This document shows positions 19,857 through 29,748 of a stretch of 64,000 nucleotides of DNA, piece after piece (position 1 is the first letter of the stretch; each line of letters opens with the position of its first letter). The notes under the pieces were generated by a model that saw only the letters and a program-made list of their open reading frames with translations, was not told where the DNA came from and made no database searches. The stretch is from Nannocystales bacterium. GTDB taxonomy: Bacteria > Myxococcota_A > Polyangia > Nannocystales > Nannocystaceae. Location of the stretch: assembly GCA_050633305.1 (NCBI GenBank), contig JBOEGF010000038.1:32001-96000 (forward strand). The letters are read 5' to 3'. A program made the position numbers and the translations under genes.

Positions 19857-20552
19857 TCAGCCGAATGTTCGCTGGATCGAGTCGCGGAGCACATTCGAGG
19901 CATCGGCGTCGAGCAGCCCTCCGTGCCCCCCGATGAGCTTGTCGAACGGCAGCTCGGCAAGGGTGTCGAAGTCGTTGCGCAGCGAGCCGCCCGGTGGGGT
20001 CATCATCTTGCGCCACGGGGGCCCGATCTGTGCGGGGTGTTTGAAGCCGAGCAGCGAAGTGACGACCTTGGCACCCATGGACATGAGGGGGTGCGGCACC
20101 CAATGTTGCACGCTGTCGCAGGTGACCAGCAGCCCCCCGTTGCGCTCGAGCAGGAGTGCTCCCTCGGGCTGGGTTGTTTCGCGGAATCGAAAGACCCTGG
20201 CGTCGGGGAAGGGAAGCTCGGTCGCTTCTGTCAGTTCGGTGGTTCCTTCCTTGGGGTCGGCGGCCCAGAGTTTCGCGCCGTAGCGATCAGCGTAGTAGAC
20301 GTCGTCCATTCCGTGCCCACCGATCTTCATGACGTGCGCGACCTTCCCGAGTGCATCGAGGGCGCGCTCGCCCGCGGCATCGAGTCGGACCGCGTTGACC
20401 AGGGTGAGTTCGCCGTCATGGCGGACCACAACCATGTTGCGGATCAGTCGGACCAGCGGCTTGAGGACGACGGAGCCGGTCACGTACCAGGCATCCTCGA
20501 AGATCGGTTGCAGCTCCCCGTGGGGTTCGGCGGGTGGGAGGTCGGTCACCAT
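19857..20552 (-). CDS. Hypothetical protein, DUF4336/metallo-beta-lactamase-like
   Basis: RNMVVVR..GEL.L.N, LDALG.V.HV...HGMDD, C-terminal F..LIGGHG. TGATG overlap with the upstream gene. Confidence 0.75.
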   Translation of the reverse strand: MVTDLPPAEPHGELQPIFEDAWYVTGSVVLKPLVRLIRNMVVVRHDGELTLVNAVRLDAAGERALDALGKVAHVMKIGGHGMDDVYYADRYGAKLWAADPKEGTTELTEATELPFPDARVFRFRETTQPEGALLLERNGGLLVTCDSVQHWVPHPLMSMGAKVVTSLLGFKHPAQIGPPWRKMMTPPGGSLRNDFDTLAELPFDKLIGGHGGLLDADASNVLRDSIQRTFG

Positions 20553-20953
20553 CACGACGCCAGCCAAGCTCGGGCCTCAGCCCGCGTTGCAAAGTAGGCG
20601 GTCGGGAAGTCGGCGGGGCCTTCGGGCGCGGGGGGAGCACCAATCGGGGGGAAGCCGGCCGGGACAACCAGGGCTTGCTTCTTCACCCCAGCCGCATTGA
20701 GGCGAGGGATGGTGTTGGCATCGCGCCACTGCACGTCCAACTCTTGGGCGTTCATTCCGAACTGGACCGCGTCGATGAGGATGCCCGAACGTCCGCACGT
20801 CTCGACGAAATCGGCGATGACCTCCTGGCGTCGGTTGAAGCTCTCGCCGGTGAGCTGCGAGGAGCCGTCGTACCAACGGACTTCGAGGTCGTCGGCGGTG
20901 GGATCGTCGATGAGCGAGCCCTGGTGGTCTTCGTAAACAATGGTGGCTTTCAT
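20552..20953 (-). CDS. Hypothetical STAS/SpoIIAA-like protein
   Basis: ILIDA..F, GVKKQALVV, C-terminal F.TRAEARAWL. Confidence 0.7.
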   Translation of the reverse strand: MKATIVYEDHQGSLIDDPTADDLEVRWYDGSSQLTGESFNRRQEVIADFVETCGRSGILIDAVQFGMNAQELDVQWRDANTIPRLNAAGVKKQALVVPAGFPPIGAPPAPEGPADFPTAYFATRAEARAWLAS

Positions 20954-21000
20954 GGTCTGACTGCTTTCGCGTGGGCGTCCGGTTGGCGCATGTCGAACCT

Positions 21001-21072
21001 AAGCCAATGAAATCATAGGCTTTCGTTCATTTACGGAATCGGACGTTTCCAGTATGGGATCCGCATTTCCGG
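21001..21072. promoter_or_regulatory. Putative TetR operator region
   Basis: Imperfect palindrome AAGCCAATGA-AA-TCATAGGCTT (21001-21022), plus GGAATCGGACGTTTCC and GGGATCCGCATTTCC, in the AT-rich divergent spacer. Confidence 0.45.
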
Positions 21073-21104
21073 AAGTCAAGAGTTCCGATAAGATTCATCC
21101 CACG

Positions 21105-21692
21105 ATGGCGCACGAAGGTCGGCGGTCCGAGAAGGCCAGAGGGCGCAAGCGCGACGCGGAGCGCACCGACGCGATTCTCGCAGCCGCTGGCGAGCTCCTC
21201 GTCGAGGTGGGTTTCGACCGGCTGCGGATCTCGGACGTCGCCAAGCGAGCAGGCAGCGGGACCGGTGCGATCTACCGCCGCTGGTCGACGAAGGAAGCAC
21301 TCCTCGCGGAGGCGATCCGGGCGATGCCCGACGCGGAGATCGAATCCACCGCGGATCCGGTGGCCGACCTACGGGCGCACGTGGCCGACCGTTGTACCTC
21401 AACCGCGAAGAAGCCGGACCTCGTCCCTGGCCTCATCGCAGCGATGCGGGCCGACTCGGGTATCGAGCGGGCTGTCAAAGACGGCCTGACGCTCGACTAC
21501 CTCAAAGACGCGGTCGCGCGCGTCGTGGGGCCCGAGCACCCGCACTTGGATCTCCTCACGCAGCTTCTCCCCGCGCTCACCCTGTTCCGGGCCGCCTTCA
21601 TCCCCGAGACCGTCGACGCGGGGGAGATGACGGAGGAGATCATGTCGTTCATCCAATCGGCCGCGGACCCCAACACTCGCGGCAACGGGTGA
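21105..21692 (+). CDS. TetR/AcrR family transcriptional regulator
   Basis: AILAAAGELL.EVGF..L.I.DVAKRAG...GAIYRRWSTKEALL. Confidence 0.93.
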   Translation: MAHEGRRSEKARGRKRDAERTDAILAAAGELLVEVGFDRLRISDVAKRAGSGTGAIYRRWSTKEALLAEAIRAMPDAEIESTADPVADLRAHVADRCTSTAKKPDLVPGLIAAMRADSGIERAVKDGLTLDYLKDAVARVVGPEHPHLDLLTQLLPALTLFRAAFIPETVDAGEMTEEIMSFIQSAADPNTRGNG

Positions 21693-21776
21693 CCCGACTC
21701 GCGGTGTCGGTCCTCGGGCGTCGGTGCTGTATCGACCACTCCGGTGCCGTCACCACGGATGTTCCGCCGCGCGTGC

Positions 21777-22724
21777 CTACAGCGACCAGCTCAGCGACGT
21801 CTTCTCCTCCGAGACCGCCCAGAGTTTCGTCGCCACATCCTGCTTCAGGGCGAGCTCCTCGAGCGTGCAGGCGTCGACGGGGCCAACCGTGTCGGCCCTC
21901 TTTGTCGGGCCGTAGAGGGTGTTGGGCTTCAGCCCCTCTTCGGTCGCACACATGACTTCGGGCCACGAACCCTTCTCCGCGGATTGTGCGATGAGCGGGG
22001 AGACGAGCGACCAGACGATCTTGTTGAAGGTGCTGGCGGTGTCCTGCAACAGGTTCGTCCGCGATGCCCCGGGATGACACACCTGGACCTGAACGCTCTT
22101 GCCCGCGACCTGAATCCGGCGCTGTAGCTCGTACGCAAACATCATCTGCGCGAGCTTGCTCTGCGCGTACGAATCCCACGCGCTGTAGTTCTTGTCGAAG
22201 TTGAGGTCTTCGAACTGGATGGTCTTCAGCCCCATCTTGTACGCGTTGCTTCCGACCACGACGATGCGGCCTTCCGAGGCTTCGATTCGCTCGAACAGCG
22301 AGCCGCACAGCAGGAAGTGACCGAAGTGGTTCACGCCAAGCTGGCTCTCAAAACCGTCCACGGTGATCTTCTGCGAAGCCACCTGGGCGATGGCCGCATT
22401 GCAGATGAGCGCGTCGATGCGCGGCACGGTCTTGATGACCTCGGCCGCGGCCTCTCGTACGGAGTCCAGCACGGCGAGATCCATGCGCACGAACCCGACG
22501 TCAGCATCGCTGCCAAACTCCTCCTTGAGCGTCGCGATGGCGGCGGTCGACTTCTCGGCGTTGCGGTTCAACATCACCACGCTCGCGCCCTTGGACAAGA
22601 GGACTCGTGTTGCCTCGAATCCCGCACCAGCGTTGGCACCGGTGATGACATAGGTCTTGCCTGCGAGGGATCCCAGCCGCTGCGGTGTCCAGCCGTGTCG
22701 TCCGAATGCTTTTTCAGGGGCCAT
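21777..22724 (-). CDS. SDR family oxidoreductase
   Basis: TGANAGAG, CNAA, NHFGHF, YAQSK, CHPG. Confidence 0.95.
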   Translation of the reverse strand: MAPEKAFGRHGWTPQRLGSLAGKTYVITGANAGAGFEATRVLLSKGASVVMLNRNAEKSTAAIATLKEEFGSDADVGFVRMDLAVLDSVREAAAEVIKTVPRIDALICNAAIAQVASQKITVDGFESQLGVNHFGHFLLCGSLFERIEASEGRIVVVGSNAYKMGLKTIQFEDLNFDKNYSAWDSYAQSKLAQMMFAYELQRRIQVAGKSVQVQVCHPGASRTNLLQDTASTFNKIVWSLVSPLIAQSAEKGSWPEVMCATEEGLKPNTLYGPTKRADTVGPVDACTLEELALKQDVATKLWAVSEEKTSLSWSL

Positions 22725-22805
22725 CGTTTCAACTCTCCTTGTTGCTCAGAAGGTCAGCTTCTGACCCTCTCAACGTAGGTATCTGCGGGCGTCATGCCGC
22801 TGCCC

Positions 22806-22836
22806 CTGGGCGCCAAAACCCTACCTCTGGGCGCCA
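22806..22836 (-). promoter_or_regulatory. Putative AraC-type direct-repeat site upstream of the SDR gene
   Basis: CTGGGCGCCA twice at 21-bp spacing (22806, 22827). The same GCGCCA pair occurs upstream of the AraC gene. Confidence 0.55.
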
Positions 22837-22850
22837 CCGGAGCAGTCGCC

Positions 22851-23867
22851 TCAGACGGCCGGGATGGACGCCGCGGCGGACTGGTGCCGGAGCGCCTCCG
22901 GGGTCGTGCCTGTCCATCGTTGGAAGGCGCGAAAGAACGAGGTCGCCTCATCGAACCCAAGCAGAAACGCAATCTCCGTCGCGCTCAGCTCGGTGCGATG
23001 AAGGTAGTGGCGGGCCAGGCTTTCTCGTGTCGTGTCGACCACCGCCTTGAACGTGGTGCCCTCGTCTTTGAGGCGGCGCTGGAGCGTACGGGAACTCACC
23101 GCGAGTCGGCGTGCAACGTTGTCCATGCCGACCTGCCCGCTGGGAAGGGCCTCCATCAGCACCACGCGCGTGCGTTCGGCGAACGTCGCGTCGCTCTCGA
23201 GGTCCGACAGTCGCTTGCGCAACTCGGGCTCGAAGATGTCCCACATGGCACGGCTGGCGGTGAGGAAGGGCTGGTGGGCGTCCGCGGCATCGAAGCTCAC
23301 ACGAAGGACATCACCTCGTGTCAGCCGGATACCCAGGTAGTCCTCGAAGGGTTGTGGATCTCGGGGCAGCTCAGGGACCACGACCGCGGTGGGTCGGACC
23401 CGCTGCCGCGTCCCCAGTCGCGCGAGGTTGGTCGCGAACATGGCCTCCATCCCGTGCATGTACGCGGGCTGCCGGATCCCGGTGTCCTTCCACCGATACG
23501 TGAGCTCGAGCCCGTCGGGGCTGTCGCGTACGTCGAGGGTGATGGGCCCGATCAGCGGCTTGAAGCGCGAGAGTCGCTCCGCGGCCGTCGCCAGGTTCGG
23601 ACTGCACAGCGACGCGAAGACGGGCGGCGTGAAGTACTCGGGAGTCATGGCCTCCGTCAGCCGTACCCAGAACCTCGAATCGCCCACACTGTCGTCGAGC
23701 GCCTCGAAGAACCGCACGAACGACTCCGTGGTGAGCCGAACGTTATCGCGGTTGAGCAGGTCCTCCGGTAGCTGGGCCCGGCGGAGTACGTCGATGTGAT
23801 CGACACCAACCTCAGCGAGAATGCCCTTCCAACCTTCGCCGATCGCATACTCCCGGTTGCTGCCCAT
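22851..23867 (-). CDS. AraC family transcriptional regulator
   Basis: C-terminal double HTH (VARRLAVSSRTLQRRL...EIAFLLGF.E..SFFRAF.RWTG.TP). Confidence 0.95.
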   Translation of the reverse strand: MGSNREYAIGEGWKGILAEVGVDHIDVLRRAQLPEDLLNRDNVRLTTESFVRFFEALDDSVGDSRFWVRLTEAMTPEYFTPPVFASLCSPNLATAAERLSRFKPLIGPITLDVRDSPDGLELTYRWKDTGIRQPAYMHGMEAMFATNLARLGTRQRVRPTAVVVPELPRDPQPFEDYLGIRLTRGDVLRVSFDAADAHQPFLTASRAMWDIFEPELRKRLSDLESDATFAERTRVVLMEALPSGQVGMDNVARRLAVSSRTLQRRLKDEGTTFKAVVDTTRESLARHYLHRTELSATEIAFLLGFDEATSFFRAFQRWTGTTPEALRHQSAAASIPAV

Positions 23868-23922
23868 CGAGCCCCTCCGAGGCAAGTCTAGCCACGATCG
23901 GTGGCCGCGGCAGTGTCTTTGC

Positions 23923-23949
23923 GCGCCACCTTCCTAGCTCTGTGCGCCA
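23923..23949 (-). promoter_or_regulatory. Putative AraC autoregulatory direct repeat
   Basis: GCGCCA at 23923 and 23944 (21-bp spacing). Confidence 0.45.
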
Positions 23950-23967
23950 AGACCGTGCGCCCTGCCC

Positions 23968-24342
23968 TCAGCCGCCAGAGCTCGAATGCCACAACCACAA
24001 CGCCGCAAGGGCAAGCAGCACCCCCTCCAACGCCACATACAACCACTGCCGTGGATCGTCGCCTTCGATCACCAAGCCGAGGATCCGGGCCAGGAGGGCG
24101 CCCAGCAGCACGTAGAACAGCAGCGACGCGACGGTCACGGACCATGGGCGGAGCGTGGTGCGGGCGATGAGGACCAATCCGAGCCCCAGGACCATGCCAC
24201 CCCGGATCCGACGCTCGATGGCCGCAAAGGTGTCAGCCGCGGGACCGGGTCCCCCCGTCAGCGGCTCGAACCACCCCGGAAATGCGGCCATCACAGCCCC
24301 GAGCGCGACCACAACCATCCCGATGATGCGAAACGCCGACAT
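23968..24342 (-). CDS. Small four-TM membrane protein (DUF4345-like)
   Basis: Four hydrophobic segments; E.R.RGG..LGLG and LARILG...EG motifs. Confidence 0.75.
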   Translation of the reverse strand: MSAFRIIGMVVVALGAVMAAFPGWFEPLTGGPGPAADTFAAIERRIRGGMVLGLGLVLIARTTLRPWSVTVASLLFYVLLGALLARILGLVIEGDDPRQWLYVALEGVLLALAALWLWHSSSGG

Positions 24343-24452
24343 GTTGGCGAGCCTAGCAGAGCCGGGTCCAGCCCCGCCCAACACGAATCGCCCGATCTGC
24401 CGACGGTGCTCGGTTGGGGTCGAGGCACCGGCTGCTATCGTCCGCGCGACGC

Positions 24453-25760
24453 ATGACCTCCCTGCGATTTTTCTGCACGGTCGCCTCCATGATCTGGGCG
24501 CTCGCATTCATGACACTGACGACCTCGGTCGCGCAGGCGTCGATGCTCCAAGCTGAGGCCGAAGCCGAGGTTGAAGCGAACGCTGAAGCTCAGCCCGAAC
24601 CCGCGCCCGCCTCCGATCCCCCGACGCGCATCTGGCTCGTCACGGTCGGCCCCAGTGAGCACATCTACACCCGGGGCGGTCACGCGACACTCATGGTGGA
24701 GTGGACCGAGAACGGCAAGTACAACGAGCTCGTCTACGACTTCGGAGAGGCCGACTGGGAGAGCTCAACGCTTGCTTGGGACTTCCTCATGGGGCAGCTG
24801 ACGTTTCGGCTCGAGGCGCCTGGCGACCTGATGGAGGTTGCGGGCAACTACGGCGTCCGCCAGAACCGCGATGTCTTCAAGCAGGCCCTTGCCCTGAGCC
24901 ACGATCAGGCGGAGTCGATCCGTGCGCGGTTGAAGGAACTCGACACCGACGATGCGCGGCACTACGCCCACGACTACGTGCACTCGATCTGCACGACCAA
25001 AGCGCGAGACATCATCGACGAAGCGCTCGGCGGTGTGATCCAGGAACAGCTCAGCTCGCAGGGCGACGGTATGACCATCCGTGAGCACCAGCGAGAGGCC
25101 TTCTACGGCAAACCTTTCGCCGGTCTCGGAGCGGACCTGTTGCTCGGCGCTGAAAACGATGTGCCCCTCAACCGCTACGATGCCCTCTTCGTGCCCGTCC
25201 GGATGCGGATGTACCTGCAAGAGGTGATGGTCGAGAGCCCCTCAGGGCTTGTTCCCCTCGCAGGCCCGCCCATCCCGGTCGCGGGCCGCCAAGGCGTCAA
25301 GCCGCGTCCCGGCTCGACCCGAGGGAGTTGGTATTTTGTGATTCCGTTGATCGGGTGGTTCGCCTGGAGAACGGGGAAACTCCGTATGGGGTTCACCCTC
25401 GAGGGCCTCGGCAGGTTCGCCCTGTGGCCCTCCTTGCTCTTCGCCGTCCTCGGCTGCGTCCTGTGGGGTCTACACCTCATGACTCAGGAGACCGGCTTCC
25501 AGAACAACCCGCTGTCGCTGGCGTTCGTGCCACTGGACTTTGTCCTCGCCTTCGCCTGCAGCCGGTTCATGCGTGGGCAGGACAAATGGCTGAAGAACGC
25601 CCGGATCTACGCCGTCGTGCGCGGCTTGATGGCGGCAGGTGTGCTTGCGATGAACGTCACCGCGGACGGGGCTGCTCCGACAGCGCTCCCGATCCTCGCC
25701 GTCACCTTCTTCGGGTTCTTCGCCTGGCTGGCGCGGGTTCGGCCTACACCTGAGCCCTGA
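24453..25760 (+). CDS. DUF4105 / Lnb-like protein (candidate lipoprotein N-acyltransferase)
   Basis: IWLVTVGP...Y..GGHA, VYDFG, R.V..Q.L.L, Y.HDY...CTTK.RD.ID; five C-terminal hydrophobic helices. Confidence 0.78.
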   Translation: MTSLRFFCTVASMIWALAFMTLTTSVAQASMLQAEAEAEVEANAEAQPEPAPASDPPTRIWLVTVGPSEHIYTRGGHATLMVEWTENGKYNELVYDFGEADWESSTLAWDFLMGQLTFRLEAPGDLMEVAGNYGVRQNRDVFKQALALSHDQAESIRARLKELDTDDARHYAHDYVHSICTTKARDIIDEALGGVIQEQLSSQGDGMTIREHQREAFYGKPFAGLGADLLLGAENDVPLNRYDALFVPVRMRMYLQEVMVESPSGLVPLAGPPIPVAGRQGVKPRPGSTRGSWYFVIPLIGWFAWRTGKLRMGFTLEGLGRFALWPSLLFAVLGCVLWGLHLMTQETGFQNNPLSLAFVPLDFVLAFACSRFMRGQDKWLKNARIYAVVRGLMAAGVLAMNVTADGAAPTALPILAVTFFGFFAWLARVRPTPEP

Positions 25761-26065
25761 GCGTCCATCACAACGGGCGGCGACAAGCCGAGCGAGGGCT
25801 GAGGGCGTAACGATTGGACGAGTTGGTCGCGCAGGACCTGGTGCGGAAGCAGTGCTGAGGGCCCGGCGAGACCGGTTTGGCCCGAGGAGCGCGCAAGGCC
25901 AAAAAATGCGGAACGTTTCCGTTGCTGCGGCAACTGACCTGGTTCGGGCTCCGGCGAGCCTGTGGCTGAACGTTGCTTCGGGACTCGGATGAGATGAACA
26001 GACGTCGAAAACTTGGACGCCATCAGCCGCAAGGGACCTCGCCCGCGACCGCTTTCCGCGCGCTC

Positions 26066-27145
26066 TTGAAGAGCGTACGAATCCCGAGCGGCCAACCGAG
26101 CCATCGGTCGTATCGAGGAACATCGACGACGGTTCTGTCTCTGGCGTTGGTTTCGGGGGCGTTGGTCTCGGGCGTGCTGGGCTGCGCCGCTCCCGAGGAG
26201 GAGAGCTTTGGCGTACAATCAAGCTCCGAGTCGTCCTCCACCCCACCTCCAGAACCCCTGGACCCTTGTGACGCCGAGGGGCGTAGCTGCGACTGTGGAG
26301 AGTTCGGTGCCTCCGCCGGAACCTCTGTTTGCGAAGACGGGAAACTCACCTGTGATTGTTCGGCATGCCCCGACCTCGAGACCCCGGCGGACTTCACGGC
26401 GTGCAGCGGTGACGTCTTGGGGACCTGGCGTTTCGTCGGAACCCGAACGAGCCCGGCGCTGATCTCCTACCAGACGTCTCTCGGGCAATCCGGCCAATGC
26501 CCTTCTACAACCTCGCACGGTGGGAGACGAGACCTTCGGTTCGATTTTCGCGCAGGTGGGGAGGCGACGATGGTCGCCTCCGAATCGTTCTCCGAGACGA
26601 CAACGATTCCTGGCGACTGCATGCCGACGCGGTGTGAAAATGTCACCTACTTTCCTGCGGAGAGTCCATTTGCGTACTCGTCCGACACGACTTCGGAAGG
26701 TGGATCATGCCGGGAATCCGACTGCGATAGCTGTCGGTGCAGTACCGTTGTCGCGAACCAGGAAACCGGACCCGTTGAATGGGATTACTCCGGCTCGCTG
26801 CTTCACATCGGTAGCGGGGCCGTCGGCCAGTTTCAGTACTGCGTAGACGGAAACGAACTCACGCTCAAGAAGGACAATACCGTCTACGACTTCGAGGCCG
26901 TCGACGTTGCCGGAGCACCTCTTGCTTGCGCGGAGCGAAGCTCTGGCCAGTGCCCCCTTGGCGAGGGATGTACAACCGGCGGATGTGTTGGAGTCTCAGC
27001 CGAATGCGTCGACGCCGACGAGGCCAGCTGCTCGAGTCTTGTGGGTTGTGAGTGGGAACCATCGATGTGCGTTGGTGAGGTGCCGCTCGACTGCGCACTG
27101 GCGGACGCCGACGTGGTCCCAGGTTGCTATTTCGAAGTTCTCTAG
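26066..27145 (+). CDS. Cys-rich lipoprotein
   Basis: Lipobox VLGC; Cys-rich ends; ACSGDVLGTWRF central domain. Start uncertain. Confidence 0.75.
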   Translation: MKSVRIPSGQPSHRSYRGTSTTVLSLALVSGALVSGVLGCAAPEEESFGVQSSSESSSTPPPEPLDPCDAEGRSCDCGEFGASAGTSVCEDGKLTCDCSACPDLETPADFTACSGDVLGTWRFVGTRTSPALISYQTSLGQSGQCPSTTSHGGRRDLRFDFRAGGEATMVASESFSETTTIPGDCMPTRCENVTYFPAESPFAYSSDTTSEGGSCRESDCDSCRCSTVVANQETGPVEWDYSGSLLHIGSGAVGQFQYCVDGNELTLKKDNTVYDFEAVDVAGAPLACAERSSGQCPLGEGCTTGGCVGVSAECVDADEASCSSLVGCEWEPSMCVGEVPLDCALADADVVPGCYFEVL

Positions 27146-27151
27146 CCCCTC

Positions 27152-27404
27152 TGTCAGGGTAGTTGCCGCACGAACCGGGCGACGGCGTAGAGCCGGAGCC
27201 TACGGCAGACGGGGGCGAGAAAAGAGACGAAGACCATGGTGGATTCGGTTGCCTTCAAGGCAAGCATGATCAGGAACATGAGGGGCCGCGGCGCAGTCAC
27301 GGCGACAGGAAAAAGTCCAGTCGGTCATGGAGACCGGCGGGCTGAACGAGGCCGACCTCGGCGCATATCTGCGACGTCACGGCCTGCACTCCACCCAACT
27401 CGAC
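27152..27404 (+). mobile_element. Degenerate IS3-family left end with internally deleted transposase OrfA
   Basis: TG-starting IR-like end TGTCAGGGTAGTTGCCGCA; MVDSVAFKASMIRNMRGRGAVTAT (27236); out-of-frame QEKVQSVMETGGLNEADLGAYLRRHGLHSTQLD. Both peptides resemble IS3 OrfA segments. Confidence 0.65.
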
Positions 27405-27583
27405 ACGTCGACGGAGTCGGGATCGAAAGCCACGTGGTTGGAGACCGCTGCAGGGGCCTCGTCCTCGTCGTCGCTCTGCTCGAACGCGTCAGCGTCGTCG
27501 AGTGCAGGGTCGGTGTCGTCACGACCGGCAAGGGCGAGACAGGCGAGAAGGAAAAGGGGGGTGCTTCGTTGGAGATTGTTCAT
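27377..27583 (-). pseudogene. Truncated lipoprotein gene fragment
   Basis: Signal peptide MNNLQRSTPLFLLACLALAGRDD (lipobox-like, Arg at the Cys position), acidic linker, then runs into the IS remnant. Confidence 0.45.
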
Positions 27584-27714
27584 CGGTGTTCTGGGCGTCC
27601 TCGCCCACCCGACGACCTAGGGGCACGGTGCACGACACGGCGAAGTGGCGCAGCTCTCACCGCGCCGCCGATGGACTCGTCGAAGGCTGGCGCGCTGCTA
27701 CGCTGCGTTTCGAG

Positions 27715-27815
27715 ATGAACGTCATCGGAATGCTGTTGGGGGCGCTCGTGGCCGCCCCGCCTGCTACCCCTATCGTCGGAGGCCCGCAGGCGCCGGAGGA
27801 TGCCTTTGAGAGTGC
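27715..27815 (+). pseudogene. N-terminal fragment of a trypsin-like (S1) protease
   Basis: MNVIGMLLGALVAAPPATP-IVGG-PQAPEDAFES: signal plus IVGG mature start, with no catalytic motifs after it. Confidence 0.45.
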
Positions 27816-28169
27816 GCGCGTTCGAGAAGGCGAGGAGTCTCCGGTTGCCTACGATGTGGGCAGGCGAAAAGGATGCCCGAGGCGACCGCCGAGGCAGTGG
27901 GCCCCCAATGCAGGCACGCCGTCGTCCACCACCCGTAGCGTTCGGCTCTGGTCAAACGCGTACAGCAGTTTCTCTGACTGCGAACCAATCCGCCGTGCGC
28001 ACGCCGCCCGAGTCGGCCGTGTAGAACGCCGACGTCGTCGACCACGTGACCCTGCCCTTGGCCGAAACGCCGTAGTGGAGCATGAGAACGGTGGACTCCC
28101 GCATGCCCGAGCGCGGATACCAGTGTCTCTTCGTGTTCGACAGCCCCGGTGGCGGTCATGCCTGAACCT

Positions 28170-29546
28170 TCAGTTCACGACTGACGGGTCGACCATGAGC
28201 ACTCGAAGCCCGTCGCGCCCGGCACGGGCCACGATCGCGAGTCTGTTTGCGCTCGCACTCATCTCCAACAAGGTGTCGAACTCCGACCCGTAAACGCGGA
28301 GGTCGAGGTCCGTCAACGTGACGCTCGGGATCACCGTGTCGTCGGGCCGAACGCCCACGAGTCGCAACTCGATGTCTGTCTCGTCCCTCCCGATTTCACG
28401 TTGGCATTCGCAAGAACCGACCGACGCGCACATGTCCGGCGGCTCTTGCACGAGGAGAAGGGAGAGCTCGACGTGTACGTAGGCGCCCCAGATCGTCGCA
28501 TCGGCCGTACGCCCCAGCGCAGCGCTGTCACCAAGTCGGCCTGATCCATCCTCGAAGCAACTCTCGTCGCATTGAAGGTCAGGGCACGACCATGGTGCGC
28601 GTGCTGTGTTGGGCAGCGCCAGGTCGGAGTTGCCGGAACGGTGAAGGCGAAGCGTCTCGGGCTCGCCGGTCATCACGACAGCCCGAGGCGCGTCCTCCTC
28701 GAGGGGCTTCGGGTCCTGTGCAAGCCAGAGCGATCGAGGTGCCGCACCCGACGCTGTGTAGACAGGGGCTCCATCGAGCATCAGCGACCAGCCGTCCGCG
28801 CCGACTCCGACGCTGCTAGCAGCGAGCGGTTCTCCGTCGCGATCCAGGCCGAATGCCCAAGTCACCGCCGGTGGGTCCACGGGGCCTGGCGCCCAATCCT
28901 GGTCGGAGCTCCGGCGCTCGATGGTGGAATCGGGATGGCTGAGCCATAGATCCATGCGCGAGCCGGAGACGTCGAAGCCCACGATGTCCTCACGACCTTC
29001 GGTCAGGAAGAGCGTTTCGTGGGTCCAACCACTGTCGTACTCCCACAGCTCAAACCGACGCTCTCCGCTTCCGGTCGCGGACTCGTCGGGAATGAGGAGG
29101 GTGCCGTCGGGGTGGAGTGCGAAGGACGCTCCTGCGCGGAAGTTCGCCCAAGGTTGTGGGAGAGCGGTTGCTCCTGTCTCATCGACGACAAAGATCGCGG
29201 AGGCGCGTCCGTGGGACGTCGATACGAACGCATGCTGATCATCGCTCGTGACGCTGACACCATCGTGTCCCAGAGCGAAGTCGGAGCAGTGGAGCTCGAT
29301 GTCGAAGAGGACCGACGGGTGTGCGGGCGCTCGGTTCTCCGCGGCGCACAAGGAGGGGTCAGGCCTGGCCGGCTCCTCCGGGGGGTCGACCGGAGAAGAC
29401 CCCGTGGTCGGGTCGGTGATCGTCGAGGATGAGCCCGTGCTAGAGAAATCCGTACCCAGATCGCTGTCGGCGGACTCCGAGTCTCCGCACGCCTCAACTC
29501 CGAGCGCCGCGGCCATAAAACACGCCATGGTTTTCCACCGGACCAT
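28170..29546 (-). CDS. Hypothetical lipoprotein, beta-rich
   Basis: Lipobox VEAC, Ser/Thr/Pro linker, beta-strand-rich body. Start 29546 or 29528. Confidence 0.75.
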   Translation of the reverse strand: MVRWKTMACFMAAALGVEACGDSESADSDLGTDFSSTGSSSTITDPTTGSSPVDPPEEPARPDPSLCAAENRAPAHPSVLFDIELHCSDFALGHDGVSVTSDDQHAFVSTSHGRASAIFVVDETGATALPQPWANFRAGASFALHPDGTLLIPDESATGSGERRFELWEYDSGWTHETLFLTEGREDIVGFDVSGSRMDLWLSHPDSTIERRSSDQDWAPGPVDPPAVTWAFGLDRDGEPLAASSVGVGADGWSLMLDGAPVYTASGAAPRSLWLAQDPKPLEEDAPRAVVMTGEPETLRLHRSGNSDLALPNTARAPWSCPDLQCDESCFEDGSGRLGDSAALGRTADATIWGAYVHVELSLLLVQEPPDMCASVGSCECQREIGRDETDIELRLVGVRPDDTVIPSVTLTDLDLRVYGSEFDTLLEMSASANRLAIVARAGRDGLRVLMVDPSVVN

Positions 29547-29748
29547 CCTCGGACCCACTGTCAGTGTACATGGTCTCCTCTCGGCCTCGGAACGCGCAAC
29601 GTCCCCGAAGCACGGCTTCAGCCCGCTTCACTCCGGTCGGGCGACCGCCACCCCGCCGACGTGAGCGCACGAAACACAGTGTCCGGCTCGTCGTCGGACG
29701 GTGCACGCGCCGTCCGTGTCCGCCTGCTCGACCGCGATCTCGCGGCCG

